Assembly (NCBI GenBank): GCA_024697405.1
Contig: JAILFU010000193.1
Span: forward strand, 11,147 to 75,146
DNA: 64,000 bases
Source: Prevotella sp.
GTDB lineage: Bacteria > Bacteroidota > Bacteroidia > Bacteroidales > Bacteroidaceae
Reading direction: 5' to 3'
Positions 38,461-47,930 of this stretch are shown one piece after another (positions within the stretch are counted from its first letter, which is position 1; each line of letters starts with the position of its first letter). The position numbers were made by a program, and so were the translations under genes. The notes under the pieces were generated by a model. It had not been told where the DNA came from. It ran no database searches and was given only the letters and a program-made list of their open reading frames with translations.

Positions 38461-39879
38461 ATGAGTATAAAAGGAATCATTGGAAGTATCTTAAAGCCCC
38501 TCCCTTGGGGAGGCGTTGGGATAGGCCTCCTACTACTGTCGAGCTGCGGACTTTACAACAAGTACGAGCGTCCAGAGGTCAACGCCACAGGTCTGATTCG
38601 CGACGTAGTCTCGGATGTCGACACCCTGGTGGTGAACACCGACGAGAACTTCGGACAGCTGCCCTGGCGTGAGGTATTCACCGACCCGCAGCTGCAGTCG
38701 CTCATCGAGACGGCGCTGGAAAACAACACCGACCTGCGCAACGCCGCGCTGAACGTGCAGATGATGCAGGACATGCTCAAGGTGGCCAAGCTGGCCTTCC
38801 TGCCAGGCGTCGCCATCTCCCCCAGCGGCACCATCAGCCGCGTGCAAATGGACGGAGCCACCACGTCGAAGACCTACCAGCTGCCCATCTCCGCCTCGTG
38901 GAATGTTGACCTCTTCGGCAACATCCTCTCACAGAAGCGCTCTGCACAAATGCAGCTGCTCATGGTGAAAGACTATCAGGTGGCAGCGCAGACAGGCATC
39001 ATCTGTGGCGTGGCCACACTCTACTACACACTGATGATGCTCGACGAGCAGCTGGCCATCGTCACCGACATGGAGGGGCTGGTCAAGGAGACGTGGGAAA
39101 TGATGAAGCTGCAGATGCAGCTGGGCCGTGCCCGCTCCACCAGCGTCCAGAGCGCCGAGGCCAGCTACTACAGCGTGCAGGCGCAGAAGGTAGACCTGAA
39201 GCGGCAGATACGCGAGATGGAGAACTCGCTCTCCTTGCTGCTGAACGAGGCCGGCCATCGCATCGACCGCGGACAGTTCTACAACCAGCACCTGCCTGAG
39301 AAGTTCTCGGCCGGCGTAGGTGCCGAGCTGCTGTCGAACCGTGCAGACGTGCACGCCGCCGAGATGGCTCTGGCTCAATGCTTCTACGACGTGGAGACCG
39401 CCCGCTCGCGCTTCTATCCGAACATCACCATCACCGGCAGCGCCACCTTCACCAACAACCTGGGAGGCATCGTCAATCCTGGCAAGTGGATACTCTCAGC
39501 CCTGGGCAGCCTGACACAGCCCATCTTCCAGCACGGACAGATAGTGGCCGGACTGCGTGTGGCCAAGGCTAAGCAGGAGCAGGCCCTGAACACCTGGCAG
39601 AACACGGTGCTGAAAGCCGGAAACGAGGTGAGCAACGCCCTGCTGACCTACAACAGCAGCGAAGAGAAGAGCCGTCTCGACCAGAAGCAGGTGGAGCTTT
39701 ACGAGCAGAACGTAGAAGACACACGTAAGCTCTACACCTCAAAGGGCAGCAGCTACCTAGAGGTCATCCAGGCACAAAGCTCCCTGCTCAACGCCCGCAT
39801 CTCGAAAGTCAGCGACGACTTCGCCAAGATGCAGGCCGTGGTCAGCCTCTACCAGGCACTGGGCGGCGGCAGCAAATAG
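38461..39879 (+). CDS. TolC/OprM-family outer membrane efflux lipoprotein
   Basis: LSSC lipobox, FTDPQLQSLIE, NRADV, SLYQALGGG. Confidence 0.93.
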   Translation: MSIKGIIGSILKPLPWGGVGIGLLLLSSCGLYNKYERPEVNATGLIRDVVSDVDTLVVNTDENFGQLPWREVFTDPQLQSLIETALENNTDLRNAALNVQMMQDMLKVAKLAFLPGVAISPSGTISRVQMDGATTSKTYQLPISASWNVDLFGNILSQKRSAQMQLLMVKDYQVAAQTGIICGVATLYYTLMMLDEQLAIVTDMEGLVKETWEMMKLQMQLGRARSTSVQSAEASYYSVQAQKVDLKRQIREMENSLSLLLNEAGHRIDRGQFYNQHLPEKFSAGVGAELLSNRADVHAAEMALAQCFYDVETARSRFYPNITITGSATFTNNLGGIVNPGKWILSALGSLTQPIFQHGQIVAGLRVAKAKQEQALNTWQNTVLKAGNEVSNALLTYNSSEEKSRLDQKQVELYEQNVEDTRKLYTSKGSSYLEVIQAQSSLLNARISKVSDDFAKMQAVVSLYQALGGGSK

Positions 39880-40018
39880 CACAGAAGACATAGTATATAT
39901 GAAGACACAGTAACATAGTAACAGATTAACATAAATAGGAATAATAACGACAAATGGTAATCATCTGAAATCAATTATCCGTCACCACATCCTTCCGTTA
40001 CCCTGTTTCAACTTATTT

Positions 40019-40175
40019 GTTATTCTGTTACTCTGTCTTTTAAAAAAAGTTACTCTGTTACTCTGTCTTTAAAAATAGTTACTCTGTTACTCTGTCTTAA
40101 AAAAAAGTTACTCTGTTACTCTGTCTTAAAAATAGTTACTCTGTTACTCTGTCTTATACCCTGTTACTCTGTCTA
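40019..40175 (+). repeat. Tandem array of GTTACTCTGTTACTCTGTCTT with A-rich linkers (~29-bp period, 5 units plus a partial one)
   Basis: Directly visible; complementary AGTAACA units upstream near 39909-39930. Confidence 0.85.
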
Positions 40176-40206
40176 TAAGTTATTCTGTTTTTAAACCCCT
40201 GTTAAT

Positions 40207-40989
40207 ATGTCAACCAGCGATATTTCCCCCAAAGCCGAGATCAGCCCCAAGGCCCGCATCGGCAACAACTGCAAGATATTCCCCTTTGTCTACATAGAGG
40301 ACGATGTGGTCATCGGCGACAACTGCATCATCTTCCCCTTCGTGAGCATCCTCGACGGCACCCGCATGGGTGGCCACAACAAGGTGCACCAGGGAAGCGT
40401 CATCGGTGCCCTGCCGCAGGACTTCGGCTTCCGTGGCGAGAAGTCGGAGTGCATCATCGGCGAAAACAACATCATCCGCGAGAATGTGGTCATCAACCGT
40501 GCCACCCATAACGGCGGCAAGACCGTCATCGGCAACGACAATGTGCTGATGGAAGGCGCTCACATCTCTCACGACACGAAGGTGGGCAACCGCTGCGTCT
40601 TCGGCTACGGCACGAAGATTGCCGGCGACTGCGAGATAGAGGATGGCGTCATCTTCAGCTCGTCGGTCATCGAGAATGCCCAGACCCGTGTTGGCCAGGG
40701 CGCCATGATCCAGGCAGGCACCACCTTCTCGAAGGACGTGCCGCCCTATATCATCTGTACCAAGCGCTCGGAGTATGGCGGTGTGAACTTCACCATGGGC
40801 AAGGCCTACGGCGTCGACGAGAAGACGCTGAAGCACATCGCCAATGCCTACCGCCTCGTCTTCCTCGGCCAGACCTCAGTCTTCGATGCCGTCTTGCAGA
40901 TAGAGCAGCAGGTGCCCGACAGCCCTGAAATCCGTCACATCATCGAGTTTATCCGCGCCACTAAGCTCGGCATTATCTCGAAGCTATAA
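40207..40989 (+). CDS. lpxA: LpxA-like hexapeptide acyltransferase (divergent paralog)
   Basis: Hexapeptide repeats, PQD, IRENVVINRAT, AHISHD, KDVPPY. Confidence 0.75.
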   Translation: MSTSDISPKAEISPKARIGNNCKIFPFVYIEDDVVIGDNCIIFPFVSILDGTRMGGHNKVHQGSVIGALPQDFGFRGEKSECIIGENNIIRENVVINRATHNGGKTVIGNDNVLMEGAHISHDTKVGNRCVFGYGTKIAGDCEIEDGVIFSSSVIENAQTRVGQGAMIQAGTTFSKDVPPYIICTKRSEYGGVNFTMGKAYGVDEKTLKHIANAYRLVFLGQTSVFDAVLQIEQQVPDSPEIRHIIEFIRATKLGIISKL

Positions 40990-41004
40990 CTACCATATTA
41001 TTTT

Positions 41005-41124
41005 GGCAACGATATAGCAGTTGACACTTAATCAATTATTCCGCATGGCGCTCCCCTCCCCTTGAGGGGAGGGGAAAGGCTACCGCCGGAGAAGAATTCC
41101 CAGGTCAACTGCTAAGTCATTGCC
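41005..41124. mobile_element. MITE copy B with perfect 8-bp target-site duplication ATTATTTT
   Basis: TIRs GGCAACGATATAGCAGTTGAC / GTCAACTGCTAAGTCATTGCC; ATTATTTT at 40997-41004 and 41125-41132. Confidence 0.85.
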
Positions 41125-41132
41125 ATTATTTT

Positions 41133-42719
41133 TCACGCTTCGGAGAAGACCCAGTCCTCGGGAGAGCGGGTGTCGGCGTTGAACTTCACGCCGACCTTTA
41201 CTACTTTTCGGTCGTCCGTCTTGTAGGGAATGGCGTAGCCCTTCCCGTCGATCTGCTCCAGAGCAGCCTTGGCGCTATCGTGCACCTTCAGCTCAAAAAC
41301 ATAGACGGTGTCGGGTAGCCAGACCACCATGTCGGCCCTACCGCCGGCACACTTCACCTGAGTGCGGGCATAGATGTTCAGCATCGAGAAGATGAGGTAG
41401 AACGTGTATTCAAAAAAGCCCTCAGCGGTGGCGACGTCCTTAAGTTTCTCCTTAAAGCCCTCCACATAGGGCACGCCTGCCAGAAAAGCCTGCATCTCTC
41501 GCATGGCCAGGTCGACATCGCCCCTCTTCAGGGCACGCCAGAACTTCAAGGCAAAACCGGCCTGCACAGCTCCGTTGTCCAGGCCGGTATAGATGGGCAG
41601 CAGCCCCCTGACATAGCCTATGCGCACTTCCTGATTGGGAATGGAGAGGATGTAGGAATCTCCCTCGCGGTCGTAGTCCTTGATGGTCAGGTAGCCGCTC
41701 TGATAGAGCAGCGGGAGGGCGCTTTTCATGTTCTCCGTTGGCTGGTCGAACTCAGAAGCAAATGTCTCAAGACGGTCAAGCGACATGATGTCGGTCTTGA
41801 AGTGCTGCATCTGGTGGATGAGGAAGGTCGGAGTGCCGCTCTCAAACCAGTAATAGCTGACCTTCCTTTGCTGGAAGGCTTTCAGCAGGCTGAACGGGTT
41901 GTAAATTTCCTCCGAATCCTCCGTGAAGTGATAGCCGTCATACTGTAGCTTCAGCTTCTGATGCATTTCTTCGTAGGTCATCTCGTTCAAAGCGGCCAGC
42001 CTCTCAATATCCTCACGCAGGATGGTCGTCAGCTCACGTTCGGTAATGCCGCAAATATGGCTGAAAACGGTATCCATCGTCACATTCGTCAGGTTGTTGA
42101 TGGTGGAAAAGATGCTCAGCTGCGAGAACTTGGTGATGCCCGTGATGAAGCAGAACTTGATATAGCGCTCGTTGGCCTTCAGCGGCACATAGAACTCCTG
42201 CATCACCTTGCGCTTGGCATCGAGCGTCCTTTCTTCTTGGAGATCTTCCAGAAGAGGAGCGTCATACTCGTCAATGACGACCACTACTTGTTTGCCCGCC
42301 TTTTCGTAGGCGCGCTGAATGATTCCCGTCAGACATTGTCCCGGAGTTTCTTCTTGCTGTCTCCTGCCGTATTGTTCCAGCAAATCACTCAGTATAAACA
42401 TCAGCGACTGGCGCAAGTCATCTGCCGTTTCCCTACCCTTCGCCATACTCAGGTCTAGCCGAATGACGGGGTACCGCTCCCACTCCTTCTCCAACTGCAT
42501 AATCTTCAACCCCTCGAAGAGTTCGCGCTCCCCCAGGAAGTAGGACTCCAGCGTGGAAGTCAGCAGCGACTTGCCGAAACGGCGCGGACGGCTCATGAAG
42601 ACAAACTTGGCATAGCGAGTCAATTGCCATACCAAGTCTGTCTTGTCTACGTACACATAACCTCCACGGATAATCTCCGAGAATGTCTGAATACCTATAG
42701 GGTATCTTCTATTCTGCAT
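41133..42719 (-). CDS. AAA-ATPase-like protein with C-terminal PD-(D/E)XK nuclease (DUF1703 type)
   Basis: YPIGIQTF, YVDKT, RPRRFGKS, IDEYD, GRAD...FELK. Confidence 0.92.
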   Translation of the reverse strand: MQNRRYPIGIQTFSEIIRGGYVYVDKTDLVWQLTRYAKFVFMSRPRRFGKSLLTSTLESYFLGERELFEGLKIMQLEKEWERYPVIRLDLSMAKGRETADDLRQSLMFILSDLLEQYGRRQQEETPGQCLTGIIQRAYEKAGKQVVVVIDEYDAPLLEDLQEERTLDAKRKVMQEFYVPLKANERYIKFCFITGITKFSQLSIFSTINNLTNVTMDTVFSHICGITERELTTILREDIERLAALNEMTYEEMHQKLKLQYDGYHFTEDSEEIYNPFSLLKAFQQRKVSYYWFESGTPTFLIHQMQHFKTDIMSLDRLETFASEFDQPTENMKSALPLLYQSGYLTIKDYDREGDSYILSIPNQEVRIGYVRGLLPIYTGLDNGAVQAGFALKFWRALKRGDVDLAMREMQAFLAGVPYVEGFKEKLKDVATAEGFFEYTFYLIFSMLNIYARTQVKCAGGRADMVVWLPDTVYVFELKVHDSAKAALEQIDGKGYAIPYKTDDRKVVKVGVKFNADTRSPEDWVFSEA

Positions 42720-44544
42720 ACATCCTGTCTATTTCTTTGCGGTAGTTCTCGTTCAGCACGCGGCGCTTGATCTTCAGCGTGTTGGTCAGCTCGCCTCGCT
42801 CCAGTGAGAAGGGCTGGGGCAGCAGGGTGAAGCGCTTCACCTGCTCATACTGTGCCAGCTGCTGCTGCAGGGTGTCGATGCGCTCCTGCAGCATCTGGTG
42901 TATCTTCACGTTCTGACAGAGGTCGCGGCGGTCGGTGTAGGAGATGCTGTGCTCACGGGCATACTCCTCCAGCAGGCGGTATTCGGGGATGATGAGTGCC
43001 GAGACGAACTTCCGCTCGTCGGCGATGATGGCAATCTGGTCGATATACTTGTCCACCAGCAGCTTTGACTCTATCATCTGCGGGGCGATATACTTGCCGT
43101 TGGAAGTCTTAAATAGATCCTTGATGCGGTCCTTCAGGTATAGCTCGCCATCCTTCAGGTAGCCCGAGTCGCCGGTGCGGAAGTAGCCGTCGTCGGTGAA
43201 CGACTGACGTGTCAGGTCGTCGCGGCGGTAGTAGCCACGGGTGATGGTGGGACCTTTCAGCAGCACCTCGCCCTCTTCGCTGATGCGGATGCTGATACTG
43301 CTGATGGGCCGGCCTACGCTGCCCACGGTGTAGGGCTCGCCCATGTGGTCGCAGCTGACGGTGGCCAGACTCTCCGTCAGCCCGTAGCCAACAATCATGT
43401 TCAGCCCGATGGCATGCACAAACTCCTCCACATGCTGGCTCACCGTAGCGCCGGCCGTGGGGAAGAAATGGGCGTTCTCCAGCCCCAGCTCCTTACGCAC
43501 GAGCGAAAACACCGTCTTGTTCAGCATCTCATATTCCAGATGCAGGCCCACCGGCGGGCGCTTGCCCCGTGCCACATATTCTATATTGTGCTTGCGGCCC
43601 ACCTCCAGTGCATGATGGAAGAGCTTGCGCTTCACAGTGCTGGCAGTCTCTATCTTCTCCGACACGCCCATGTAGACCTTCTCCCAGAATCGGGGCACGG
43701 CGCTCATGCACGTGGGGTGCGTCTCACGCATCGACTGCTGCACCTCCATCGGGTTGGTATTCACGATGAGTCGAGCGCCCACGGTGAGGCACAGTATCTT
43801 CCATCCCTTCTCAAAGATAGGGGTAAAGGGCAGGAAATTCAGCACACGGTCGCTGTCGGTCACGGGCACGCACTCATGATTGGCCTCCATGGCGGCGTGA
43901 TACTGTCCACAGGTCAGGATGACACCCTTCGAGTCGCCCGTGGTGCCGCTGGTATAGAGGATGTTCGCTATGTCATCCATCGAGGCCTCACGTGTCAGGC
44001 TGTCCACCTCGCTCTGGCGGGGCAGCCCCTCGCCCAGGCGCAGGAAGTCGTCGAAGTGCATGGCCGTCTTGTCACCCTCGGGAATACTCACCGCAGGGTC
44101 GAAGACGATGATGCGCTCCAGCGTCTGGCAGGTGGCGAAGACGCGGCGCGCCTTGTCATACTGCGCCTGCTCTCCCACGAAGAGGAAGCGGATGCCGGCA
44201 TCGTGGATGATGAACTGAATCTGCTGCTCCGACGAGGTGGCGTAGAAGGGGATGGTCACCGCCCGGATGCCCCACGCGCCAAAGTCGGTGAAGAGATACT
44301 GCACCGAATTCTGCGAGAACACACCCACGTTCTCCTGCACCTGAACGCCCAGGTTGAGCAGTGCGTTCGACACCAGCCTCACCTTCTGCGAGAATTCATT
44401 CCATGAATAAGACTTCCACTGCGACGAGCCGAAATCCTTGTAGATAAGGGCCTCACGGTTGCCCAACCGGGCAGCCACGTCGTGCACCAGGCGCGACAGA
44501 TGACTGTTCACTTGCTCCATAACCTTCACATTTATCGTTTCCAT
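42709..44544 (-). CDS. Long-chain fatty acid-CoA ligase
   Basis: YTSGTTGDSKG, GYGLTE, TGDSG, RIKDLFKTSNGKY, TLKIKR. Confidence 0.92.
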   Translation of the reverse strand: METINVKVMEQVNSHLSRLVHDVAARLGNREALIYKDFGSSQWKSYSWNEFSQKVRLVSNALLNLGVQVQENVGVFSQNSVQYLFTDFGAWGIRAVTIPFYATSSEQQIQFIIHDAGIRFLFVGEQAQYDKARRVFATCQTLERIIVFDPAVSIPEGDKTAMHFDDFLRLGEGLPRQSEVDSLTREASMDDIANILYTSGTTGDSKGVILTCGQYHAAMEANHECVPVTDSDRVLNFLPFTPIFEKGWKILCLTVGARLIVNTNPMEVQQSMRETHPTCMSAVPRFWEKVYMGVSEKIETASTVKRKLFHHALEVGRKHNIEYVARGKRPPVGLHLEYEMLNKTVFSLVRKELGLENAHFFPTAGATVSQHVEEFVHAIGLNMIVGYGLTESLATVSCDHMGEPYTVGSVGRPISSISIRISEEGEVLLKGPTITRGYYRRDDLTRQSFTDDGYFRTGDSGYLKDGELYLKDRIKDLFKTSNGKYIAPQMIESKLLVDKYIDQIAIIADERKFVSALIIPEYRLLEEYAREHSISYTDRRDLCQNVKIHQMLQERIDTLQQQLAQYEQVKRFTLLPQPFSLERGELTNTLKIKRRVLNENYRKEIDRMYAE

Positions 44545-44805
44545 TTGCAAAGATAATGAAAAGATGGCACTTTTAAGACAGTTTTCCGGAGTTTTTTTGT
44601 TTTTTTTAGAAAAAGTTTTGTAACTTTGCAGGCAGTTTATTTGAAACTATAAATTATTATGCAAGGAACAATGAAAAACTGAGGCATGCGCGCAGCAATA
44701 ATGCTGTTCGTCCTGCGCTGCGCCTCATGGAAGCCAGGGCTTACGAAGTGACCATTGCGACAACCTTGAACCAGTAATCACCCATAAAGGTAAAGAAACT
44801 AGATT

Positions 44806-46554
44806 ATGACTACATTCACACAACGACTCCTGGCAGGCCTGGCAACAATGGCCTGCCTCTGCTGCCCGGAGGGCACGCAAGCACAGATCCGCCTCAACCA
44901 GGTGGGCATGTACCCCAATCAGGAAAAGACTGCCGTCATCGAGGGGTCGGCAGGCTCCGTCACCATCACCAGCGATGCTACGGGCCGCAAGGCCGCTAAG
45001 GCGCGCGTGCTGCGCAAGGCCGTGTCGCCCTGGTCGAAGAAGCAGCGCACCGTCGTCGACTTCTCCTCGCTGACGCAGCCCGGCACCTACACCATCCGCA
45101 GCGGCAAGGAGTCGGCCCAGTTCACCATCGCCGACCAAGCCCTGCGCCCGCTGACGGCTGCCGTCTTGAAGGCTTTCTACCTCACCCGCTCGGGCATGCC
45201 CACAGAAACCCGCTATGCCGGAGCGTATGCCCGTCCCACCGGTCACCCCGACACCCGAGTGCTCATCCACCCCTCGGCCGCCTCGCTGGGCCGACCGGCA
45301 GGCAGTGTCATCTCCTCGCCCTGGGGCTGGTACGACGCCGGCGACTACAACAAATACATCGTCAACTCGGCCTTCTCCGTGGGCATCGTGCTCTGCTCCT
45401 ACGAGCAGAACAAGCACTACTTCGACGCCCTCAGCGTAAACATTCCCGAGAGTGGCAACGGCACCGCCGACGTGCTCGACGAGATGTACTACAACCTGCG
45501 GTGGATGCTCACCATGCAGGATCCCTACGACGGCGGTGTCTACCACAAGCTGACCACGCCCAACTTCGAGGGCTTCGTCATGCCCGCCGACTGCCACCAG
45601 CAGCGCTATGTGGTGCAGAAGAGCACCTGCGCCACCCTCGACTTCGCCGCCGTGATGGCTCAGACGGCACGCATCTTCAAGGACAGCAAGGACTATCCTG
45701 AGCTGTCGGAACGGGCAGCCCGCGCCGCCATGGCCGCCTGGGGATGGGCCGAGCGCAACCCCCGCGTGTTCTACATGCAGGAGCAGATGAGCCGCCAGCA
45801 CAAGCCAGCCGTCAGCACCGGCACCTACGGCGACATGAACGCCAACGACGAGTGGTACTGGGCAGCCACCGAGCTCTACCTGCTCACGGGCGACGAGCAG
45901 TTTGCCACCGTTGCCGCCAGCCACCAGCCCAAGCGGTTTTCAGCACCCACCTGGGGCAACGTCGCCTCGCTGGGCGTGTATGAAGTGCTTTCAAATGAAA
46001 AACTGATGAAAAAAGATGGAGCGACGTCTCAGCAGGGGGCTACTCTTTCCTCTCTCCTCATAAGCTATTGCGACAGCCTCGTCGCCACCACCGCTGCCTC
46101 GTCGTTCCAGACGCCCTGCGGCAACAGCCCGCGCGACTTCGGCTGGGGCTGCCTGGCCGAGGCATTCTGCACCAACGGCCTGTCGCTGCTCTATGCCTAT
46201 CGGCTGACGGGCGAGCAGAAATATCTGACTGCCGCACAGCAGAATGCCGACTATATCCTGGGGCGCAACGCCACGGGCTACTGCTACGTGACCGGCTTCG
46301 GCACACGCAGCCCCCAGCATCCGCACCACCGCCTGAGCGAGGCCGACGGCATTGCAGCCCCCTACCCCGGCCTGCTGGTCGGCGGACCGAACCCTGGACA
46401 GCAGGACAAGGGCGACAACGTGCACTATCCCAGCCAGCAGCCCGACGAGTCGTACACCGACGAGATGCCCAGCTACGCCTCCAACGAAATAGCCATCAAC
46501 TGGAATGCCTCGCTGCTCGCCCTCCTGGGCTGGCTGGAGGCAGAACAGAAATAG
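44806..46554 (+). CDS. GH9 endoglucanase with N-terminal Ig-like domain
   Basis: IRLNQVG, GWYDAGDY, HPHHR, SYASNEIAINWNA. Confidence 0.93.
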   Translation: MTTFTQRLLAGLATMACLCCPEGTQAQIRLNQVGMYPNQEKTAVIEGSAGSVTITSDATGRKAAKARVLRKAVSPWSKKQRTVVDFSSLTQPGTYTIRSGKESAQFTIADQALRPLTAAVLKAFYLTRSGMPTETRYAGAYARPTGHPDTRVLIHPSAASLGRPAGSVISSPWGWYDAGDYNKYIVNSAFSVGIVLCSYEQNKHYFDALSVNIPESGNGTADVLDEMYYNLRWMLTMQDPYDGGVYHKLTTPNFEGFVMPADCHQQRYVVQKSTCATLDFAAVMAQTARIFKDSKDYPELSERAARAAMAAWGWAERNPRVFYMQEQMSRQHKPAVSTGTYGDMNANDEWYWAATELYLLTGDEQFATVAASHQPKRFSAPTWGNVASLGVYEVLSNEKLMKKDGATSQQGATLSSLLISYCDSLVATTAASSFQTPCGNSPRDFGWGCLAEAFCTNGLSLLYAYRLTGEQKYLTAAQQNADYILGRNATGYCYVTGFGTRSPQHPHHRLSEADGIAAPYPGLLVGGPNPGQQDKGDNVHYPSQQPDESYTDEMPSYASNEIAINWNASLLALLGWLEAEQK

Positions 46555-46580
46555 TCTGCAACAGCTGTAACGCCTTTCTT

Positions 46581-47003
46581 CGCGCGTGCGCGCGTAATTA
46601 CGCGCGAAAAAAGGCGCTACATGCGCTACTTTGAGGCTCAAGCGGCTGATATACAGCACAATATTTGTAGCTACAAGCTCCCAAAAGGAGCTACCGGTGT
46701 AGCTACAGGAAGCGAGGAAAAGGGAATAAGACAAATTCTCTAGAGAATATTATCAAACGGCGTTCGTATTTTCTCAAACGGCGGCAGTATTTTTCCAAAC
46801 GGCGGCAGTATTTTCTCAAACGGCGTTAGTATTTTCTCAAACAGAGGCACTATTTCCCTGAAGACTACCTGTAGCTCCAGAGTAGCTACTGTGTAGCTCC
46901 TTTTTGCGGCTTGTAGCTACAAACAACCGGCTAGCAATCAGTCTATTAGGCCCTAATGTAGCGCCTGTAGCTCCTTTTTTTCGTTTTTACTACGCGCGCG
47001 CGT
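46581..47003. mobile_element. Gene-less element with long inverted arms and 21-bp tandem array (copy 2, inverted relative to copy 1)
   Basis: CGCGCG-rich ends, GCTAC iterations, 5 units of CAAACGGCG(TTC/GCA/TTA)GTATTTTCT at 46754-46858. Confidence 0.75.
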
Positions 47004-47171
47004 GAAAACTAAGGCCATCATCTCATATTTCGGGATGAGGACATTCTATTTGCGGAGGGGAAAGGTGGAAAAATAGGCCCACTGCTATAACTTTGCCAGA
47101 ATATAGTACAGCAAATTGAACGACCTGCTGCGAAAGGCGGCTTCGCGGCTTGGCCACCCCCGAAACGCCAT

Positions 47172-47861
47172 TTACTGATATTCCCTGACCCGGAGGATGC
47201 GGATGTCGTCAACGGGGCGGTCGTAGTCGTCGGTGAAGGCCTGCTGGATGCGCTTCACCACGTCGAGCCCCTCGGTGACTTCGCCGAAGACAGTGTATTG
47301 TCCGTCCAGATGAGGAGTGCCGCCAACCTTGCGGTAGAGATCCGTCATCTCGGGCGTCATCAGGACGCGGTGCTGGGTCATGGTGTCCAGGCGTTCGCCA
47401 ATAGTCTTCAGGTCGGCCGATGAGAAGGTCTTCCCCCACACGATGTAGAAATGGCTTCCGCTGGAGCGACGCTCCGGGTTGACATCGTCGCCCTCCCTGG
47501 CCATGGCCAAGGCCCCTCGGCGGTGATGGTGCAGCAGGTGTCCGTCGGCGGCAAACAGCTCTGGCTCAATGGTATAACCCACGTCGCCTTCGCCCACTGT
47601 GGCTCCTGGCTCTGCGTGGCGGCTCGTTGGGTCGCCGGCCTGAATCATGAAGTTCCTGATGACACGGTGGAACAGCAGCGAGTCGTAGAAATGCTCCCTG
47701 GCCAGGCGCAGGAAGTTGTCGCGGTGCAAGGGCGTGTCATCGTAGAGCGTCAGCAGGATGTTCCCCTCCGTCGTCTCCATCAATACCTGCTTGCGCTGCC
47801 CTGTCGCGGGAAGCACGACAGACAGCGCAAGCAGCAGAATCAAGATTCTCACTTCTCTCAT
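47172..47861 (-). CDS. Cyclophilin-type peptidyl-prolyl isomerase
   Basis: FHRVIRNFMIQAGDP, GALAMAR, HLDGQYTVFGEV. Confidence 0.93.
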   Translation of the reverse strand: MREVRILILLLALSVVLPATGQRKQVLMETTEGNILLTLYDDTPLHRDNFLRLAREHFYDSLLFHRVIRNFMIQAGDPTSRHAEPGATVGEGDVGYTIEPELFAADGHLLHHHRRGALAMAREGDDVNPERRSSGSHFYIVWGKTFSSADLKTIGERLDTMTQHRVLMTPEMTDLYRKVGGTPHLDGQYTVFGEVTEGLDVVKRIQQAFTDDYDRPVDDIRILRVREYQ

Positions 47862-47930
47862 TTCGAAACTAACCTCAATAATCCGTGATTTATTCTACCC
47901 ACGAATTACCGCGAATTAATCATCAATCAT

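Noticed and set aside
40019-40175. Mini-CRISPR
   Set aside because: Linkers are 7-9 nt A-tracts, not unique spacers.
41133-42719. AAA-PD-(D/E)XK gene as a novel defence system
   Set aside because: A common multi-copy family in Bacteroidales; solitary here with no partner genes.
44659-44682. uORF MQGTMKN before the GH9 gene
   Set aside because: Too short to support; no attenuator evident.
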